64,000 nucleotides of DNA from Podarcis filfolensis. Taxonomy: Eukaryota. The DNA lies in assembly GCA_964270895.1 (NCBI GenBank), contig OZ185440.1; one strand, 5' to 3'. Shown here piece by piece: positions 61,897 to 64,000 of the stretch (positions within the stretch are counted from its first letter, which is position 1; each line of letters starts with the position of its first letter). The translations under genes and the position numbers were made by a program. The notes below the pieces were generated by a model that was not told the origin of the DNA, did no database searches, and saw nothing but the letters and a program-made list of their open reading frames with translations.

Positions 61897-62423
61897 CTAA
61901 AAGTATCAAAATTTAAAAGTATAAGTTCAAATTAGGAAGTCATTAAACATATACAAGAATTGCTAATAAGCTATTTGTTTTAACATAAATTATGCTAGCC
62001 ATATATTTGCATAAAATTTATCCAATTCACCTGGCCAACCTCTAATGAGAATCATAGCCATATATCTGTAGCTGAAATTATTTTTTGCAGATTATTTACT
62101 TAAGACAAATATGCTGACTTTTAATATTCAGTAGATATTTGCGGTTCTAGAATTTTATCTAACTTCATGACAGTGTACATCAGCTGTGATTGCCGGCTGT
62201 GCTCTTCTGGAAGATCCTGACAAACCACAGAGAACCAATTAACAAGCATAAATGCAGAATGTTGAAATAAATGTTGCTATAAATGACGGTTTATAAGGTT
62301 TATTCATTTCATAGCAAACAGAATAAAAAAAAGAACATCTTACACATGATTCAAGACATCATATATTTTAGAGAATTGTAGAAAATCAATCAATGAATTT
62401 TGTTTCTGTCAGCTAAAATAATG

Positions 62424-62659
62424 AAATCTACAAGAAAGGATTCCGACTAAACATCAGGAAGAACTTTCTGACAGGAAGAGCTGTTAGGCAGTAGAACAGA
62501 CTCCAATGAGAGGTGGTACTCTCTCCTTCCTTAGAGGTTTTTAAGCAGAGCTTGAATGGCCATTTGTCATGTATGATCTAGTGGAGATTCCTGAATTGTA
62601 GAGGGTTGGACTAGCTGACCCTCATTGTCTCTTCCAACTCTATAATTCTATGATTCTAT
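62424..62659 (+). mobile_element. CR1 LINE 3' end
   Basis: GGATTCCGACTAAACATCAGGAAGAACTTTCTGAC...TTCCAACTCTATAATTCTATGATTCTAT, with an (ATTCTATG)-type tail. Confidence 0.9.
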
Positions 62660-64000
62660 TAAAAGAGAAAATTAAGATAAGAAGAGGCCTCCTATGGGAC
62701 ACAAGAAAAGAGAAACTATTCTAATGCTCTCTTCAAGGATCCCAGCAAAACATATTCCCACAATGTTTGTAATTTTTGATAAGGATAAATACACTTGTCA
62801 TCCTCTAGAGAGCAAACAATGTAATTTCATATGAAATATGCAAATACTTCCTGTGTGAATCACACACAGTTGATTCTCACATAACCACTGACAGCCTAAG
62901 GCTCTCACTATGTATCTAAAGCAAAATAAACTGATCTGCTTAAAGAAGCTAAACTACAATTTGGAAAGCTATTAAAACTATGTAATGCATTATTATCTGG
63001 AAGAGCTAGAAGAGCTTTCGTTTGCTCATATTATTTTAACATTCATATAACTTGAACAATTCAAGCAAATTCGCACCACGTTATTATTTTTCCCCTGACG
63101 AACAAGCCAATACACTTTAGAAGTCTCTATGGCTTTATGGGTTAACGCCTCCCCTGAAATAGAACAGGAAACAACAAAAATAATAATGTGGCAATGTCAA
63201 AATCCCACTCCACATTAGTCTAACTTTTATTATTGCAAGATCCAGGTGGTATGCTAAAAGAATGCTACTACATTAGTTTAGGTAACTAAGGTGTCTAAAA
63301 GCTAGAAACACACCCTCAAATAACTCCACTGGTAGATAAAAAATGTAGAAAGTACATTGAGAAAGCAAATTATATTAGATGCTATGAGTCAGAGCTGATC
63401 CATACATTAAAGCAAAACAGAAGTGTGAGCAACTTTCAAATTGTCGTTTGTTACTTTTGCTGTAATATTTAAGCGGAACCTGAGTATCTCACCTGAAATG
63501 AGTTAAAGTGGAAAATCTGCAATCAAAGGGCTTGTTCCCATTGTGTCAAACCATGGTTTGCAGTTACATGCAAAAGCAATTGTTAACGAATGTTAACAGT
63601 TTAAAAGCAATAGGCAGCAAGTTGCCTACTTGTTCTCACATATATTTATTTTACAAGTCAGGAAACACTGCTGTTTCTTCTCATCCCCAGGAAAAAAATG
63701 CCCCATCACATTTCAACAGACCTCAGTGTCCAAACCACACTGAAATACATTTACTGGCAAATTTTATTCCATCTTTATGTTGACTGTTGTAGCAGCAGGA
63801 GCAGTCAGTGGGTCAGGGTGGTGCTGTGGTGATGGCCTCCCAATAATGGCGTCACTGTAATTTACTGGGTGAAGGGGTGGTGCCAAAGTCAGGACAGCAT
63901 GGGCACATTGGCGGAAACACCTGACTGGCTCTACTGGTGTGTGTCCCCCCACCTTGCCCCCCTCACTGCACAGTTAAGTAGCGGTACTGCCCCACTCCTG

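Noticed and set aside
1-64000. CRISPR arrays, operons, defence or other prokaryote/virus-type systems
   Set aside because: The sequence is a spliced vertebrate gene with introns. There are no regularly spaced repeat-spacer arrays and no long ORF other than the LRRC7 giant exon.
61897-64000. Next upstream LRRC7 exon (LPDGFTQLLNL...)
   Set aside because: No matching sequence in this stretch; it presumably lies beyond the window. The short ORFs here are not exon-like.

Overview
This is vertebrate genomic DNA, AT-rich and repeat-rich. The SINE content points to a squamate, probably a lacertid lizard (inference). The window holds an internal part of one gene on the minus strand, LRRC7 (densin-180, a LAP-family postsynaptic scaffold). 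I reconstructed 15 coding exons between 61896 and 929. All have GT-AG introns and compatible phases, giving one uninterrupted frame of 3277 nt (1 nt plus 1092 codons). It runs from the middle of the LRR array through the LAP-specific region and the 1678-nt giant exon to a 150-nt cassette-type exon. The start codon, first LRRs and C-terminal PDZ exons lie outside the window. The introns contain decayed or truncated transposons: Sauria, Squam3-like and tRNA-Lys/CR1 SINEs, CR1, L2, L1, two DIRS1 remnants, hAT and mariner MITEs, a Penelope-like end fragment and a probable Harbinger Myb remnant. There is one 145-N assembly gap. I found no CRISPR array, rRNA, true tRNA gene or prokaryote-type system, and no evidence for a wholly new multi-gene system. 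The best leads are a 42-bp perfect inverted repeat inside a TSD-flanked Penelope-like insertion next to a CTCF-like motif, a GCAUG (RBFOX) cluster on the cassette exon, an unexplained 196-bp direct repeat pair, a pre-miRNA-sized hairpin, and unusual or cryptic splice signals. Protein and repeat-family names come from recalled sequences, not database searches. Repeat boundaries are approximate unless TIRs or TSDs are given.
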